The notes beneath the pieces are model-generated. The model worked only from the letters and a program-made list of their open reading frames with translations, was not told where the DNA came from and did not search any database. This document shows positions 29,192 to 39,006 of a stretch of DNA of 64,000 bases, piece after piece. The stretch is from Actinomycetota bacterium (GTDB lineage Bacteria; Actinomycetota; Acidimicrobiia; Acidimicrobiales; Iamiaceae), in the NCBI GenBank assembly GCA_016185275.1, contig JACPNX010000015.1, forward strand, positions 69,441 through 133,440. Direction: 5' to 3'. The position numbers were made by a program, and so were the translations under genes. Each line of letters begins with the position of its first letter. Position 1 is the stretch's first letter.

Positions 29192-30478
29192 CTACTCGGC
29201 CACCAACGGCCGCCCGGCCGGCGGATGCTCCCCGCCGGAGGCCCGTGGCGCGGGAGCAGCGGTGCCTCCACGCACCTGGCCGGTCGCCGCCGACGCTCGC
29301 TCGTCGGGGCCGAGGTCGTAGGCACCACGCCGGCCGAGCCTCAGGATCCGGGTGAGGTCGACGAGCAGCCGGGCGCCGTCGCGCAGGACCTTGACCGTCG
29401 ACCGCTCGGAGTTGGCCACCTCCACCGGCACCTCCACCAGCGACAGGCCGTAGCGCTCGACGAGGTGCAGCACCTCGACGTCGAACGCGAACCCGTCGAT
29501 GCGGGATCGCTCGAACACCACGCGCCCGACGTCGGCGCGGAACGCCTTGAGCCCGCACTGCGTGTCGCGGTAGGCGCCGAGCAGCACGGCATGGGTGAAG
29601 GCGTTGACGACCCGCCCGCCGAGCTCGCGCAACCGCCGGGCCCTGACCAGCGTGCGGGTCCCCGTGTGGCGGCGCGAGCCGACGGCGACATCCCAGCCGT
29701 CCTCGATCTGTGCCAGCAACCGCTCGATCTGCGCCGGTGCGTACGACAGGTCGGCGTCGGTGAACGCCACCGTGGCCCCCGAGGCGGCCAGCATCCCGGA
29801 GCGCACCGCGGCGCCCTTGCCGCGGTTGCGGGGATGGACGATGACGCGGTCGGCGCCCCCTTCGCGCGCCGCCTGCGCCGTGCCGTCCGGCGAGCCGTCG
29901 TCCACCACGACGACCTCGAGCCCGCCGTGGCCGGCCACCTCGGCCAGCTCCGCACGGACGCGCGAGATCGTCGCGCCGATGCGGTCGCGCTCTTCGTAGG
30001 CCGGGATCACGACCGAGAGCCGGACCGCGCCGACCGGTGGCGGCCGGCCTCCGCGACGGCTCAGGCCGCGGTGCACCTCCTGGAACAGCACCGCTCGATA
30101 GGCCCAGAACCGCCCGGTCGACGCGCCCGCCAGTGAGACGGCCTTGGCGACGAGGAGCTGCGCCACCCCGGTGCCCGAACCCGGCAGGACGCGCAGCACC
30201 GCCATCAGCACGGCGACGTCGAGCGCGGCGCCCAGCGCAGCGACGACGGCGAAGGTCGCGGGCCGCCGCACCCAGCGCACGGCGGGGTCGGCGGCGAAGG
30301 TCAGCGACCGATTCAGCAGCCACGAGGCGAGCGCGGCCGCGGCGATGGCGAGCGCATCGGCGAGTGCGGCCGGCACCCCGACTGCGGCCAGGGCAACCAG
30401 CAGGGCGACGTCGAGGGCCGTGACCGCCACACCCACCGCCGCGAAGCGGCGCAGCAGGGTGCGGGCGCGCGCGGCCAC
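29192..30478 (-). CDS. GtrA-like domain fused to a GT2 polyprenyl-phosphate sugar synthase (Ppm1/GtrB-like)
   Basis: N-terminal 4-TM GtrA pattern (FAAVGVAVTALD...SWLLNRSLTF). The GT2 part has LSVVIPAYEE, VVVVDDGSPDGT, NRGKGAAVRSG, TDADLS. Confidence 0.85.
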   Translation of the reverse strand: MAARARTLLRRFAAVGVAVTALDVALLVALAAVGVPAALADALAIAAAALASWLLNRSLTFAADPAVRWVRRPATFAVVAALGAALDVAVLMAVLRVLPGSGTGVAQLLVAKAVSLAGASTGRFWAYRAVLFQEVHRGLSRRGGRPPPVGAVRLSVVIPAYEERDRIGATISRVRAELAEVAGHGGLEVVVVDDGSPDGTAQAAREGGADRVIVHPRNRGKGAAVRSGMLAASGATVAFTDADLSYAPAQIERLLAQIEDGWDVAVGSRRHTGTRTLVRARRLRELGGRVVNAFTHAVLLGAYRDTQCGLKAFRADVGRVVFERSRIDGFAFDVEVLHLVERYGLSLVEVPVEVANSERSTVKVLRDGARLLVDLTRILRLGRRGAYDLGPDERASAATGQVRGGTAAPAPRASGGEHPPAGRPLVAE

Positions 30479-30481
30479 GGC

Positions 30482-33400
30482 TCAGTCCCCGGGATCGCGG
30501 CGCCGTGCCGGCCACGGCGACGGCTCGTCGACCACCGGCGGCTCAGGGACCGCGGCCGGCGGCAACGGCCGGGACGGCCACGGCGACGGCTCGTCGACCA
30601 CCGGCGGCGGAGACGGCCACGGCGCCGGCGATGGCGGCGGTTCGGACACCGGCGGCGGAGACAGCCAGGGGGGCGGCTCGGGCGACTGCGGCGGCGGAGG
30701 CCCGTCGACCGGGTCGGAACCACCGGCTCCATCGGGCGGGCCCTCGCCGTCTCCGGGCGCGCCACCGCTGCGCTGGTCACCCGGTGCGCCGTCGTCGAGA
30801 CCCGGGCCCGGCACGCCCAGCGGATCGTCGGCGCCGCGCTCGCCCCGGTCGGCCAGCCACGGGAACGGTCCCTCACCGTCGCCGACCCCGGCCCAGCGGG
30901 GCGACGGCATCGTGACCGGGGGACGCCGGGCCAGCCACACCGCCGCCGCGATGCCGAGCAGGGTCAGGATGATCGCCAGCCAGTCGACGCCCGTGCGCCC
31001 GTAGCTGAGCCGCACGTCGCGCGACGTCGGGATGACCACCATCAGGTTCGGTGTCACGCGCCATGGGCCGCGTGCTCCGGAGGCCTGCCAGTTCGGGAAG
31101 TAGGAGACCTTCACGAGCACGGGCACGCCGATGCGGTCGACGCGGAACGACACGGAGTCGTCGCCGCTGCGGATGTCGCTCACGGTCACCTTCGGCAGCC
31201 GCTGCTCGCGAACGGCCGGGAGCGAGCGGTCGCCGAGCTTGCGCTTGCACGGCGTGCGCGGCTCGCTGGGGGCGGCGCAGTTCGTTCCCTTGCGGAGCGA
31301 CGGCACCGGCGGCACGGTGACCCGGGGCCAGTCGGCGGGGCCATCCGTGGCGAGCGGCACCGACCAACGCTGCGGTTGCAGGAACCACGCGGCCGACGGA
31401 TCCAGCCACGACGACTGCTGGTCGCCGATGTTGCGCATGACCGCCGGCTTGGCGGTGAGCGGTGCGACGAGCGCGCTGTCGCGGATGCGGTAGACGCGCC
31501 AGGGCCCGCTCGCCGCCACACGGGTGAGGCGGCGGTCGGCGTCGGCGGCGCGCACGGCCTGGTCCGAGAACGCCATGTAGTACTTGACGCCCAGGAGCTG
31601 GAGCTGGCGGATGCCGAGGTCGAGGTCGAAGCTCCGGTAGGCGAGGTCGCGCTGCGCGCACGAACCCGTCTGGGACAGCTCGCACTGGGCGAGGAAGTGG
31701 TAGGGCGTCGTCGCGGACGACTCGAAGTACAGGCCCTCCATCGAACCGATGCAGCTGTCCGTGAAGTAGGGCAGCAACATCAGCGCCATCGGCGTGCCGT
31801 AGGTCTCCAGCCGGCTGCCGTACTCCCAGAAGGCCCGACCGCAGCCGAAGCGCGGGTCGTTGCCGAGCCGTTGCATGGTGGCCACGATCGCCCGGTACTC
31901 CGGCCAGCCGCCCTGGCCCTCGGGGGCCTTCTGGCCCGGCCCGTTGGCCGGCAGCTTCCCCTCGAGGCCGGAGAAGTTCCACTTCACCCACGAGGGCACG
32001 TCGTTGCGGTAGGTCCGGTGCAGCGTCAGCCCACCGATCCGCAGCTCCGCTCCGCCCGTCACCGGCAGGGTCGCACCGGGCAGCGTGCCGAGCGGGATGC
32101 CGAGGAACAGGGCAGCGGCCACGAACGCGGCGACGGCACCGCCGATGCCCATGGCCGCGCCCGGCCGCAGCGGGTCCCGGGCGAACAGCACGGCCAGTGC
32201 GTGGAGCACGAGCGCGACGCCGACCCCGGCCAGCAGGAACAGCGACACGTAGTAGAAGGGCAGCACCCGGGCGTTCCAGAGGCGGGCCTGGGGCACGAAC
32301 ACGAAGCCGAGCGCGGACAGGACGGCGCCAGCGGCGAGGAACAGACCCGCCCGGAAGCGGAAGATCAGCGACACCACCGCGCCGAGGCCCGCACCGATGA
32401 CCGGCCACAGCAGGGACCGGGGGAACAGGTAGTCCCAGATCGTCTGGGGCCCGCGGGGTCCGGTGGTGCCCTTCTGGGGCAACTTCTCCCAGCCCATGTC
32501 GTTGACGTACGCGCCGCGCCACAGGAACGGCAGCACCCAGAAGCTGGCGAGCAGACCGGCGACGACGAGCACCGGCGTGAGCCAGCGCAACCGGGCGCGA
32601 CCCGGCCACACGACCAGCGCGACCGCGGTCATGGCCAGCGCGAAGAACACGGGGATGAGGTGGCTGAGTCCGGCCAGAGCCAGGAGCACAGCGGCCGCGG
32701 TCCGGTGCCGCCCGGTCCTCAGCCCGTTGACGAGGAAGCCGAGGTACAGCAGCGTCAAGGCCAGGCTGATCGAGAAGGCGAACTCGCCGGCCATGGTCGA
32801 CGCGAGGTTGCCGCCGATGATGTTGCCGGTCCCGCCGTTGAGGTTGGGCTCCCGGTTGTAGATGACGAACAGCGACGCCACCGCGAGCAGCGCCGGGCCG
32901 GGGAACGGCGCGCCGGCCAGGCGCCCGAACGCCCACGCCGCGACGGGCAGCGCGAGCAGCCCGCTCACGGTCACGAGCTTGAAGGCCACGCCGTACGGGA
33001 CCGGGGTGGCGAGGACGGCCAGCACGATCCCGGCGCCGAGCAGGGCGCGCCGCCACGGTCGCAGCGCGACGACGAACCAGCCGCTGGCGGCGACCGCGCC
33101 GGCCAGACCGAGCGCCGGAACCACGAGCGCGGAGCGCAGCCCGACGTGCAGGGCCACGACCGCCAGCATCGGGACGACCATGTAGAACTGGTACGCGGGG
33201 AAGCCGGCGTACCAGTCGGGCGACCAGCCGGACAGCCGCCCGTGCGGCAGCACGTGGCGCAGCAGGTACATCGGTCCCCACACGTGGGCGCCCATGTCGC
33301 CGCCCGTGGGCGTGTTCTCCCGGAAGATCAGCGCGGGCTGCACGCTGAGCAGGACGAACACGACGCTGAGGACCACCACCGCGGCGGTGCACCACGAGGC

Positions 33401-33550
33401 CGGGGAGGCGCCGCGGAGGCGATCCACGGCGGGGCGCAGCACCTCGGCGGGTCCGAGGATGCCTCGCCGTCGCACCGGCCGATCGGGCGCTGACGGGTCC
33501 GCCGCGGCCTCCTCGCCGCCGGGACGTTCGAGCACCGCCGAGCCGGTCAT
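30482..33550 (-). CDS. Large polytopic membrane protein, putative GT-C-fold glycosyltransferase with periplasmic domain and Pro/Trp-rich tail
   Basis: At least 12 TM helices; first external loop ENTPTGGDMGAHVWGPMYL...GWSPDWYAGFP; about 350-aa soluble domain (contains FWEYG); one more TM helix; then a proline-rich tail. The stop lies 4 nt before the GtrA-GT2 start. The GT-C assignment rests on architecture and context, not a recognised motif set. Confidence 0.55.
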   Translation of the reverse strand: MTGSAVLERPGGEEAAADPSAPDRPVRRRGILGPAEVLRPAVDRLRGASPASWCTAAVVVLSVVFVLLSVQPALIFRENTPTGGDMGAHVWGPMYLLRHVLPHGRLSGWSPDWYAGFPAYQFYMVVPMLAVVALHVGLRSALVVPALGLAGAVAASGWFVVALRPWRRALLGAGIVLAVLATPVPYGVAFKLVTVSGLLALPVAAWAFGRLAGAPFPGPALLAVASLFVIYNREPNLNGGTGNIIGGNLASTMAGEFAFSISLALTLLYLGFLVNGLRTGRHRTAAAVLLALAGLSHLIPVFFALAMTAVALVVWPGRARLRWLTPVLVVAGLLASFWVLPFLWRGAYVNDMGWEKLPQKGTTGPRGPQTIWDYLFPRSLLWPVIGAGLGAVVSLIFRFRAGLFLAAGAVLSALGFVFVPQARLWNARVLPFYYVSLFLLAGVGVALVLHALAVLFARDPLRPGAAMGIGGAVAAFVAAALFLGIPLGTLPGATLPVTGGAELRIGGLTLHRTYRNDVPSWVKWNFSGLEGKLPANGPGQKAPEGQGGWPEYRAIVATMQRLGNDPRFGCGRAFWEYGSRLETYGTPMALMLLPYFTDSCIGSMEGLYFESSATTPYHFLAQCELSQTGSCAQRDLAYRSFDLDLGIRQLQLLGVKYYMAFSDQAVRAADADRRLTRVAASGPWRVYRIRDSALVAPLTAKPAVMRNIGDQQSSWLDPSAAWFLQPQRWSVPLATDGPADWPRVTVPPVPSLRKGTNCAAPSEPRTPCKRKLGDRSLPAVREQRLPKVTVSDIRSGDDSVSFRVDRIGVPVLVKVSYFPNWQASGARGPWRVTPNLMVVIPTSRDVRLSYGRTGVDWLAIILTLLGIAAAVWLARRPPVTMPSPRWAGVGDGEGPFPWLADRGERGADDPLGVPGPGLDDGAPGDQRSGGAPGDGEGPPDGAGGSDPVDGPPPPQSPEPPPWLSPPPVSEPPPSPAPWPSPPPVVDEPSPWPSRPLPPAAVPEPPVVDEPSPWPARRRDPGD

Positions 33551-33626
33551 GGGTCGCCCATCGTGCCACCCGGCCGCCGCCGTGCGGGGATCGGGTCCGG
33601 GCCTGCCTGCGACGCCGGCGGCACGT

Positions 33627-34406
33627 TCAGCTCGTCAGGAGCGACACGACGGTCACCAGGTTGAACACCAGGTGCCCGACGATGGCCGGTCCGAGGCGCC
33701 CGGCGCGCACGGTGACGATGGCGAGCACGGCGCCGAACGCGGCGAGGGCGGGGAACTGGAGCACCTCGAAGTGGGTGAGGCCGAAGACCAGCCCCGAGAC
33801 GGCCACGGCCCAGGCCACGCCCAGCCGCCGCTGGAGCGCACGCAGGAGCAGCCCGCGGAAGAAGAGCTCCTCGATGAGCGGCGCCCCGATCACGACGATC
33901 AGCACGAGCAGGACCACGCCGACCGGGCTCGTGGCCCGGTCGGCCAGGTCGCGGGCCGGCTGCTCGAGATCCTTGCTGGACTTGCCGAGCAGCGCGACCC
34001 ACGGAAGCGAGACGAGCGGCACGAGCGCGAGCTGCCCGACCAGGCCGACCACGGCGCCCACCCCCACGTCGATGGGCCGGAACCGCAAGCCGAAGTCGCG
34101 CACCACACCGCCCCCGCGCCAGCGTCCGGCGACGATGGGGGCGCCGGCGAGCCCGAGCCACAACGTCACCTGCAGGATGGCCACGAGCCACAGCGGATAC
34201 GTGGACGGCTTGTCGTCGAGCCGGCCGGCGAGGGCGAGCACCAGGCCGCCGAGGATGGCCGAGCCGGACATCGCCACCAGCCAGCCGGCGGCGGCGTCGC
34301 CGATCCCCCAGCGCACGGTCCCGGGCGCGGCGGCGCCCCGAGATGGGGCGGCGAGCGCACCGGTGGTCGCGAGCGGTGGGTCGGGAGGCGGCGGGCGGTC
34401 GGTCAT
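33627..34406 (-). CDS. CPBP-family intramembrane glutamic endopeptidase (CAAX protease-like)
   Basis: Motifs IEELFFRG, FGLTHF, GHLVFNL in a polytopic protein. Confidence 0.85.
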   Translation of the reverse strand: MTDRPPPPDPPLATTGALAAPSRGAAAPGTVRWGIGDAAAGWLVAMSGSAILGGLVLALAGRLDDKPSTYPLWLVAILQVTLWLGLAGAPIVAGRWRGGGVVRDFGLRFRPIDVGVGAVVGLVGQLALVPLVSLPWVALLGKSSKDLEQPARDLADRATSPVGVVLLVLIVVIGAPLIEELFFRGLLLRALQRRLGVAWAVAVSGLVFGLTHFEVLQFPALAAFGAVLAIVTVRAGRLGPAIVGHLVFNLVTVVSLLTS

Positions 34407-34550
34407 GCGGCGTCGACGGCCGTGCGCGACGACGGCCGACCGCAGCGTACCGGCGGGCCCCCGAGACGTCGGCGCGCGCCGAGCCGTCGCCGATGCCGGG
34501 ACGGACGATGCCGCGCCGGACGATCGCGCCGGTGCGGGCGCGCCGGACGG

Positions 34551-34790
34551 TCAGGAGGCCAGCGCCGCCCCCACGCCGCCCAGCGGAAGCTGGCGGATCG
34601 ACCTGTGGTCCTGGAGCGTCCAGCCGCGCGGCAGCGACAGACCGTCGGCGTGCCTGGCGCACAGCTCGTGGCGCATGGGGTGGGGCTCACCCTCCAGGCC
34701 GTCGAGCCAGACCGTCGCCGATGCGTAGTCGTAGGTGAGGGTCGTCGTCGCCGGGCCGTGGCAGTCCGGCCGGTCGCAGCGCCGGGCCAT
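34551..34790 (-). CDS. DUF3499-family small protein
   Basis: MARRCDRPDCHGPATTTLTYDYASATVWLDGL...HELCARHADGLSLPRGWTLQD is a pattern I recall for actinobacterial DUF3499 (Rv3258c-like). Start trimmed to ATG 34790. Confidence 0.75.
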   Translation of the reverse strand: MARRCDRPDCHGPATTTLTYDYASATVWLDGLEGEPHPMRHELCARHADGLSLPRGWTLQDHRSIRQLPLGGVGAALAS

Positions 34791-34870
34791 GGCCGGCGAG
34801 GCTACCGGTGGCGGGGCCACGGCCCGGGGATGCCGTCGTCCCAGGCCACATGCGCCCCTAGCATGGCCCC

Positions 34871-36922
34871 ATGACGCAGCAGGGCCCGCCCCCTCCGCCG
34901 CCACCACCGCCGCCACCCCCCGGCGGGTCCGGAGGCCCCAACCGGCCCGGATCCCCGGGGCCGGGCGGGTCGAAGGGCCGGCTGCGCACCGACCCCGGCC
35001 TGCCGAAGTGGACGTTGTGGGTGCTGCTCGCCGTCTTCGTCGGCGTCATGGTGCTGCTGTCGTCCGTCGGCGGCAGCAGCGGCTCGAAGATCTCCTACTC
35101 GACGTTCCTGAAGCGGGTGCGGGACAAGAAGGTCAAGACCGTCGAGTACGAGAACGGATCGGCCCGCATCACCGGCACGTACAAGGACGGCAAGAAGTTC
35201 ACGACGACCGGCTTCGTGCCCTTCCCGGACCGCGACCTGCGGACGCTCCAGGACTCCGGCGTCGAGATCAAGCCGAACACGCGCTCGGCCGGTTTCCTCG
35301 AGACCTGGCTGCCGTTCCTCCTGCCGATGGCGTTGATCCTCGGGTTCTTCGTCTGGATGCAGCGCCGGGCTCAGGGCCAGATGGGCAACATCATGTCGAT
35401 CGGGCGGTCGCGGGCCAAGACCTACACGACCGAGCGACCGGGCACGACGTTCGCCGACGTGGCCGGCTACGGCGGCGTCAAGCAGGAGATCACCGAGGTC
35501 GTCGACTTCCTGAAGCACCCCGAGAAGTTCGGCCAGATCGGTGCTCGGATCCCCAAGGGCATCCTGCTCGTCGGTCCCCCCGGCACGGGCAAGACCCTCA
35601 TCGCCCGAGCCGTGGCGGGCGAAGCCGGCGTGCCGTTCCTGTCGGTGTCCGGGTCCGACTTCATGGAGATGTTCGTCGGCGTCGGCGCCAGCCGCGTCCG
35701 CGACCTGTTCCAGTCGGCGCGCAAGCTGGGCCGGGCGATCATCTTCATCGACGAGATCGACTCGATCGGGCGCAAGCGAGGCGCCGGCCTCGGCGGCGGT
35801 CACGACGAGCGCGAGCAGACCCTCAACCAGATGCTGTCCGAGATGGACGGCTTCGAGGCCACCGAGGGCATCGTGATGATGGCGGCCACCAACCGCCCCG
35901 ACATCCTCGACCCTGCGCTCCTGCGTCCCGGCCGCTTCGACCGCCAGGTCGTCGTGCCGCTCCCCGAGCAGAGCGAGCGCTTCGCCATCCTCCAGGTCCA
36001 CTGCAAGGGCAAGCGGGTGGGCCCCAGCGTCGACCTCAACGTCGTGGCCCGGGGCACGCCGGGCATGTCGGGCGCCGAGCTGTCCAACCTGGTCAACGAG
36101 GCGGCCCTGCACGCCGTGCGGCGCGGCTCGGCCGACATCTCCATGGACGACTTCGAGTACGCGCGGGACCGGGTGCTCATGGGCGCCCGCCGCGAGTCCA
36201 TGGCCCTGTCGCCGAAGGAGAAGGAGCTGACCGCCTTCCACGAGGCCGGGCACGCCGTCTGCGCGGTCGTGCTGCCCAACGCCGACCCGCTGCACAAGGT
36301 GACGATCCTGCCGATGGGCATGGCGCTCGGCGTCACCCAGCAGCTGCCGGCCGAGGATCGCCACTCCTACAACCAGGAGTACCTGGAGGAGTCGATCGTC
36401 GTGGCCATGGGTGGCCGTGTGGCCGAGCGCCTCGTGTTCGAGATGGTCTCCACCGGCGCCAACAACGACCTCGTGGTCTCCACGGAACGGGCCCGCAAGA
36501 TGGTGCGCGAGTGGGGCATGAGCGACCGGGTCGGGCCCATGGCGTGGGGTTCGCAGGGCCAGGTGTTCCTCGGCGAGGACCTCATGCAGACCCGCGACTA
36601 CTCCGACGAGACGGCGAGGATCATCGACGAGGAGGTGTCGAAGATCTTGCGCCGCTGCGAGCAGCACTGCGAGGACCTGCTCAGCGAGAACCGCAACGGC
36701 CTGAACCTCGTGGCCCGCAGCCTGCTCGAGCACGAGACGATCTCCGGCGCGGAGGTCGTGCGCCTGGTGGGCCTGGGCCGCACCGGAGCCAAGCCGGAGG
36801 ACGTGATCAACACCGGCGTGGTCGAGGGTGACGGCGGCCTGCCGGTGGACCCGGCGGGACCGCCACGGGTCCCGGGCGCCTCGGTGCCCGGCGACTACTG
36901 GAACCGGCCCGCGGGACAGTGA
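34871..36922 (+). CDS. ftsH: ATP-dependent zinc metalloprotease FtsH
   Basis: Walker [10 protein letters not shown], Walker [12 protein letters not shown], zinc site HEAGHAV, two N-terminal TM helices. The N-terminus carries 12 consecutive Pro codons (34886-34921). Confidence 0.97.
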   Translation: MTQQGPPPPPPPPPPPPGGSGGPNRPGSPGPGGSKGRLRTDPGLPKWTLWVLLAVFVGVMVLLSSVGGSSGSKISYSTFLKRVRDKKVKTVEYENGSARITGTYKDGKKFTTTGFVPFPDRDLRTLQDSGVEIKPNTRSAGFLETWLPFLLPMALILGFFVWMQRRAQGQMGNIMSIGRSRAKTYTTERPGTTFADVAGYGGVKQEITEVVDFLKHPEKFGQIGARIPKGILLVGPPGTGKTLIARAVAGEAGVPFLSVSGSDFMEMFVGVGASRVRDLFQSARKLGRAIIFIDEIDSIGRKRGAGLGGGHDEREQTLNQMLSEMDGFEATEGIVMMAATNRPDILDPALLRPGRFDRQVVVPLPEQSERFAILQVHCKGKRVGPSVDLNVVARGTPGMSGAELSNLVNEAALHAVRRGSADISMDDFEYARDRVLMGARRESMALSPKEKELTAFHEAGHAVCAVVLPNADPLHKVTILPMGMALGVTQQLPAEDRHSYNQEYLEESIVVAMGGRVAERLVFEMVSTGANNDLVVSTERARKMVREWGMSDRVGPMAWGSQGQVFLGEDLMQTRDYSDETARIIDEEVSKILRRCEQHCEDLLSENRNGLNLVARSLLEHETISGAEVVRLVGLGRTGAKPEDVINTGVVEGDGGLPVDPAGPPRVPGASVPGDYWNRPAGQ

Positions 36923-37012
36923 CCTGACACTCCGGCGGCGCTGGCGAGGGGGCCGACCGCCCGGGCAGCGCCCTGTGAGGTCCCGTCGTTCGGACCACGC
37001 GGCCGGTTCGGG

Positions 37013-37483
37013 TCAGGCCCGGCCGCGCGGCTCGCCGTGGTCGCAGCCCGGCGGCGTGGATCCCGGGGACCGCACCTCGGCCACCGCGGCCCACAGATCG
37101 GTCGCGGTGGGCTCACCGAGGAACGACGCTCGCACGACGCCATCGGCGTCCGCGACCACGACGCAGGGGACGGCCTCGACGCCATAGCGCTGGTGCAGGC
37201 TCCGGTCCGCTACCGCCTCGACATCCTGCACAGCGACCGCGTCGCTGGCCAGCGCCTGCACCTTCTGCCACACACCCCGACACGACAGGCACGTCGACGA
37301 CGAGAAGAGCACGACCAACCAGGGGGCTTCGGGCCGCTCGAAGTCGCGCCGGTCGAGCTGGCCGGGCACGGGCCACGATCCCTGGGTCGGCGGGTCGCGG
37401 CGCGTCCGGCGCTGCACGACGGCGGCCACCGCCGCCGCGGCCACCGCCAGCACCAGGAGCACGATCAGGCGCGACACGGTCAA
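37013..37483 (-). CDS. Membrane-anchored thioredoxin-fold protein (CxxC)
   Basis: N-terminal TM helix, then WLVVLFSSSTCLSCRGVWQKV and ...YGVEAVPCVVVAD (cis-Pro region). The start overlaps the upstream stop by 4 nt. Confidence 0.6.
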   Translation of the reverse strand: MTVSRLIVLLVLAVAAAAVAAVVQRRTRRDPPTQGSWPVPGQLDRRDFERPEAPWLVVLFSSSTCLSCRGVWQKVQALASDAVAVQDVEAVADRSLHQRYGVEAVPCVVVADADGVVRASFLGEPTATDLWAAVAEVRSPGSTPPGCDHGEPRGRA

Positions 37484-39006
37484 CCCCCGGACCGCGCGAT
37501 GGCCTCGAGCCCGGCCGCCAGCGGGACGCCCAGCGCCGTGCCGTTGCCCGCGTCGCCCCGGGCCAGGACCCAGCGCTCGGCGACGAAGGGCCCGTCACCG
37601 CGCAACAGCACCGACACGACCCGCTCGTCGAGCTTGCCGCGCAGGCTGAGCAGCCGGTGCTCGCCGGCGCGGACCACCGTGTCGGGCACGCCGATGTCGC
37701 GCAGGCGGCCACCTCCGTAGGCGCGGAGTCGCACGCGCACCGCTCGCGGCCCGGGGTTCAGCAGCATCAACCGCTCGTCGACCCGCCGTGTCACCGACCC
37801 GGCGCCCACGACCCACGTCGGCGCCATGACCGATGCGCCCGATGAGCTCGCCGAGTCGGCGCTGCTGAAGGGGTCGACCGTGTCGATCAGCCGCTCGGCC
37901 ACGACCGGGCGGTCGCTGCTGACGACGGCGCTGTGGCCGATGCCGGCCGGCACCCGCGGCTCGCGGTCGAGGTCGAGCACCTGGAAGCTGCCGGGCCCCA
38001 CGTCGAGCCGGAACGGGTAGAGCTGCCCGTTGCGCTGCGGGTCGTCGAGGGTGATGGCGAGGTCCACCTTGGCCACCGACGCCGGGTCGGGGTTGTAGAC
38101 GACGTAGCGCTCGTGGACACCGCTGCGCTTGGCTCCCATCGGGAAGGCCCACGTCGGGCGGGGCGACGGTACGCCGGGCGCCAGCGTCACCCCACGCCGG
38201 CGGAAGGGCTCCCGCGTGGCCTCCGCCTCGGTGGTGGCCGCGCCGGTGCCGTCGAAGGTCTGGATGCGGTCCACCACCAGCCGGCCGGTCCGGGTGCGGA
38301 CCACCGCCGACACCATCGCCCGCACGGTCACCTGAGCCGAGACGTCCGCCGCCACCACGGATCCACCGGGCACCGGCACGCCTTGGAGCGCCTCCGGGCG
38401 GCGGGTGCCGTCGACGGTCGCGAAGCTCAGGTCGGCGACGGCCGCGTCCGGGAACGGGTTGTAGAGCAGCAGGGTCTCCCGCGCGTCGCGCGTCGTGGCG
38501 CCCGAGGCGAAGAACCAGGTGTCCGACGCGCTCGACGCGCACGACGCGACGTCGTAGCCGTCAGGGCCCCGCACGGCCCGCTCCACGATCGCCTCCCCAC
38601 CGGCGAGCTGGACGGTGGCCGCGGCGTAGGGGGCGTCGACGATGTCGGTGAGCCGGACGTCCACCCGGCCCCGAGGGCCGACGATGAGCGGCTGGGACCG
38701 CGTGGCGCCTCGGCTCGGCACCACGATGATCCGCCCGGTGACCGGGCGGGCGCCGGGGTTGCTCACGACGAGCGTGGCGTTGGCCGCGCCGCCGGCGGTC
38801 GCGGTGCTGCCGGCGCAGTACCACACGGAGTCGAGGCTGCCGGCGGGTGCCGCAGTGGGCCCGAACCCGGCGAGGTCGGGCCCGCCGGCCAGCGCTCCGG
38901 CGCGCACCTTGGCCCGGCGGTCCAGCGCCGGCTGTCCCCGGTCCAGCGCCACGGCGGCGGCCACGAGCGAGGCGAAGATCACGACGGCGGCCCAGCGGCG
39001 GCTCAT
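37480..39006 (-). CDS. DUF5719-like secreted/anchored protein
   Basis: MSRRWAAVVIFASLVAAAVAL signal/anchor, then a beta-rich sequence with repeated ...YNP.P... segments. Only the C-terminal 508 codons of track ORF 37480..40911 look protein-like. ATGA overlap with the GT2 gene. Family name from memory. Confidence 0.6.
   Translation of the reverse strand: MSRRWAAVVIFASLVAAAVALDRGQPALDRRAKVRAGALAGGPDLAGFGPTAAPAGSLDSVWYCAGSTATAGGAANATLVVSNPGARPVTGRIIVVPSRGATRSQPLIVGPRGRVDVRLTDIVDAPYAAATVQLAGGEAIVERAVRGPDGYDVASCASSASDTWFFASGATTRDARETLLLYNPFPDAAVADLSFATVDGTRRPEALQGVPVPGGSVVAADVSAQVTVRAMVSAVVRTRTGRLVVDRIQTFDGTGAATTEAEATREPFRRRGVTLAPGVPSPRPTWAFPMGAKRSGVHERYVVYNPDPASVAKVDLAITLDDPQRNGQLYPFRLDVGPGSFQVLDLDREPRVPAGIGHSAVVSSDRPVVAERLIDTVDPFSSADSASSSGASVMAPTWVVGAGSVTRRVDERLMLLNPGPRAVRVRLRAYGGGRLRDIGVPDTVVRAGEHRLLSLRGKLDERVVSVLLRGDGPFVAERWVLARGDAGNGTALGVPLAAGLEAIARSGG

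Noticed and set aside
30510-30608. A 66-bp in-frame duplication (33-nt cores at 30510-30542 and 30576-30608) encoding PPVVDEPSPWP x2 in the tail of the GT-C-like protein, considered as a separate element.
   Set aside because: It lies within a low-complexity proline-rich cytoplasmic tail. It is most simply explained by slippage or duplication in a disordered region, and there is no independent evidence of function.
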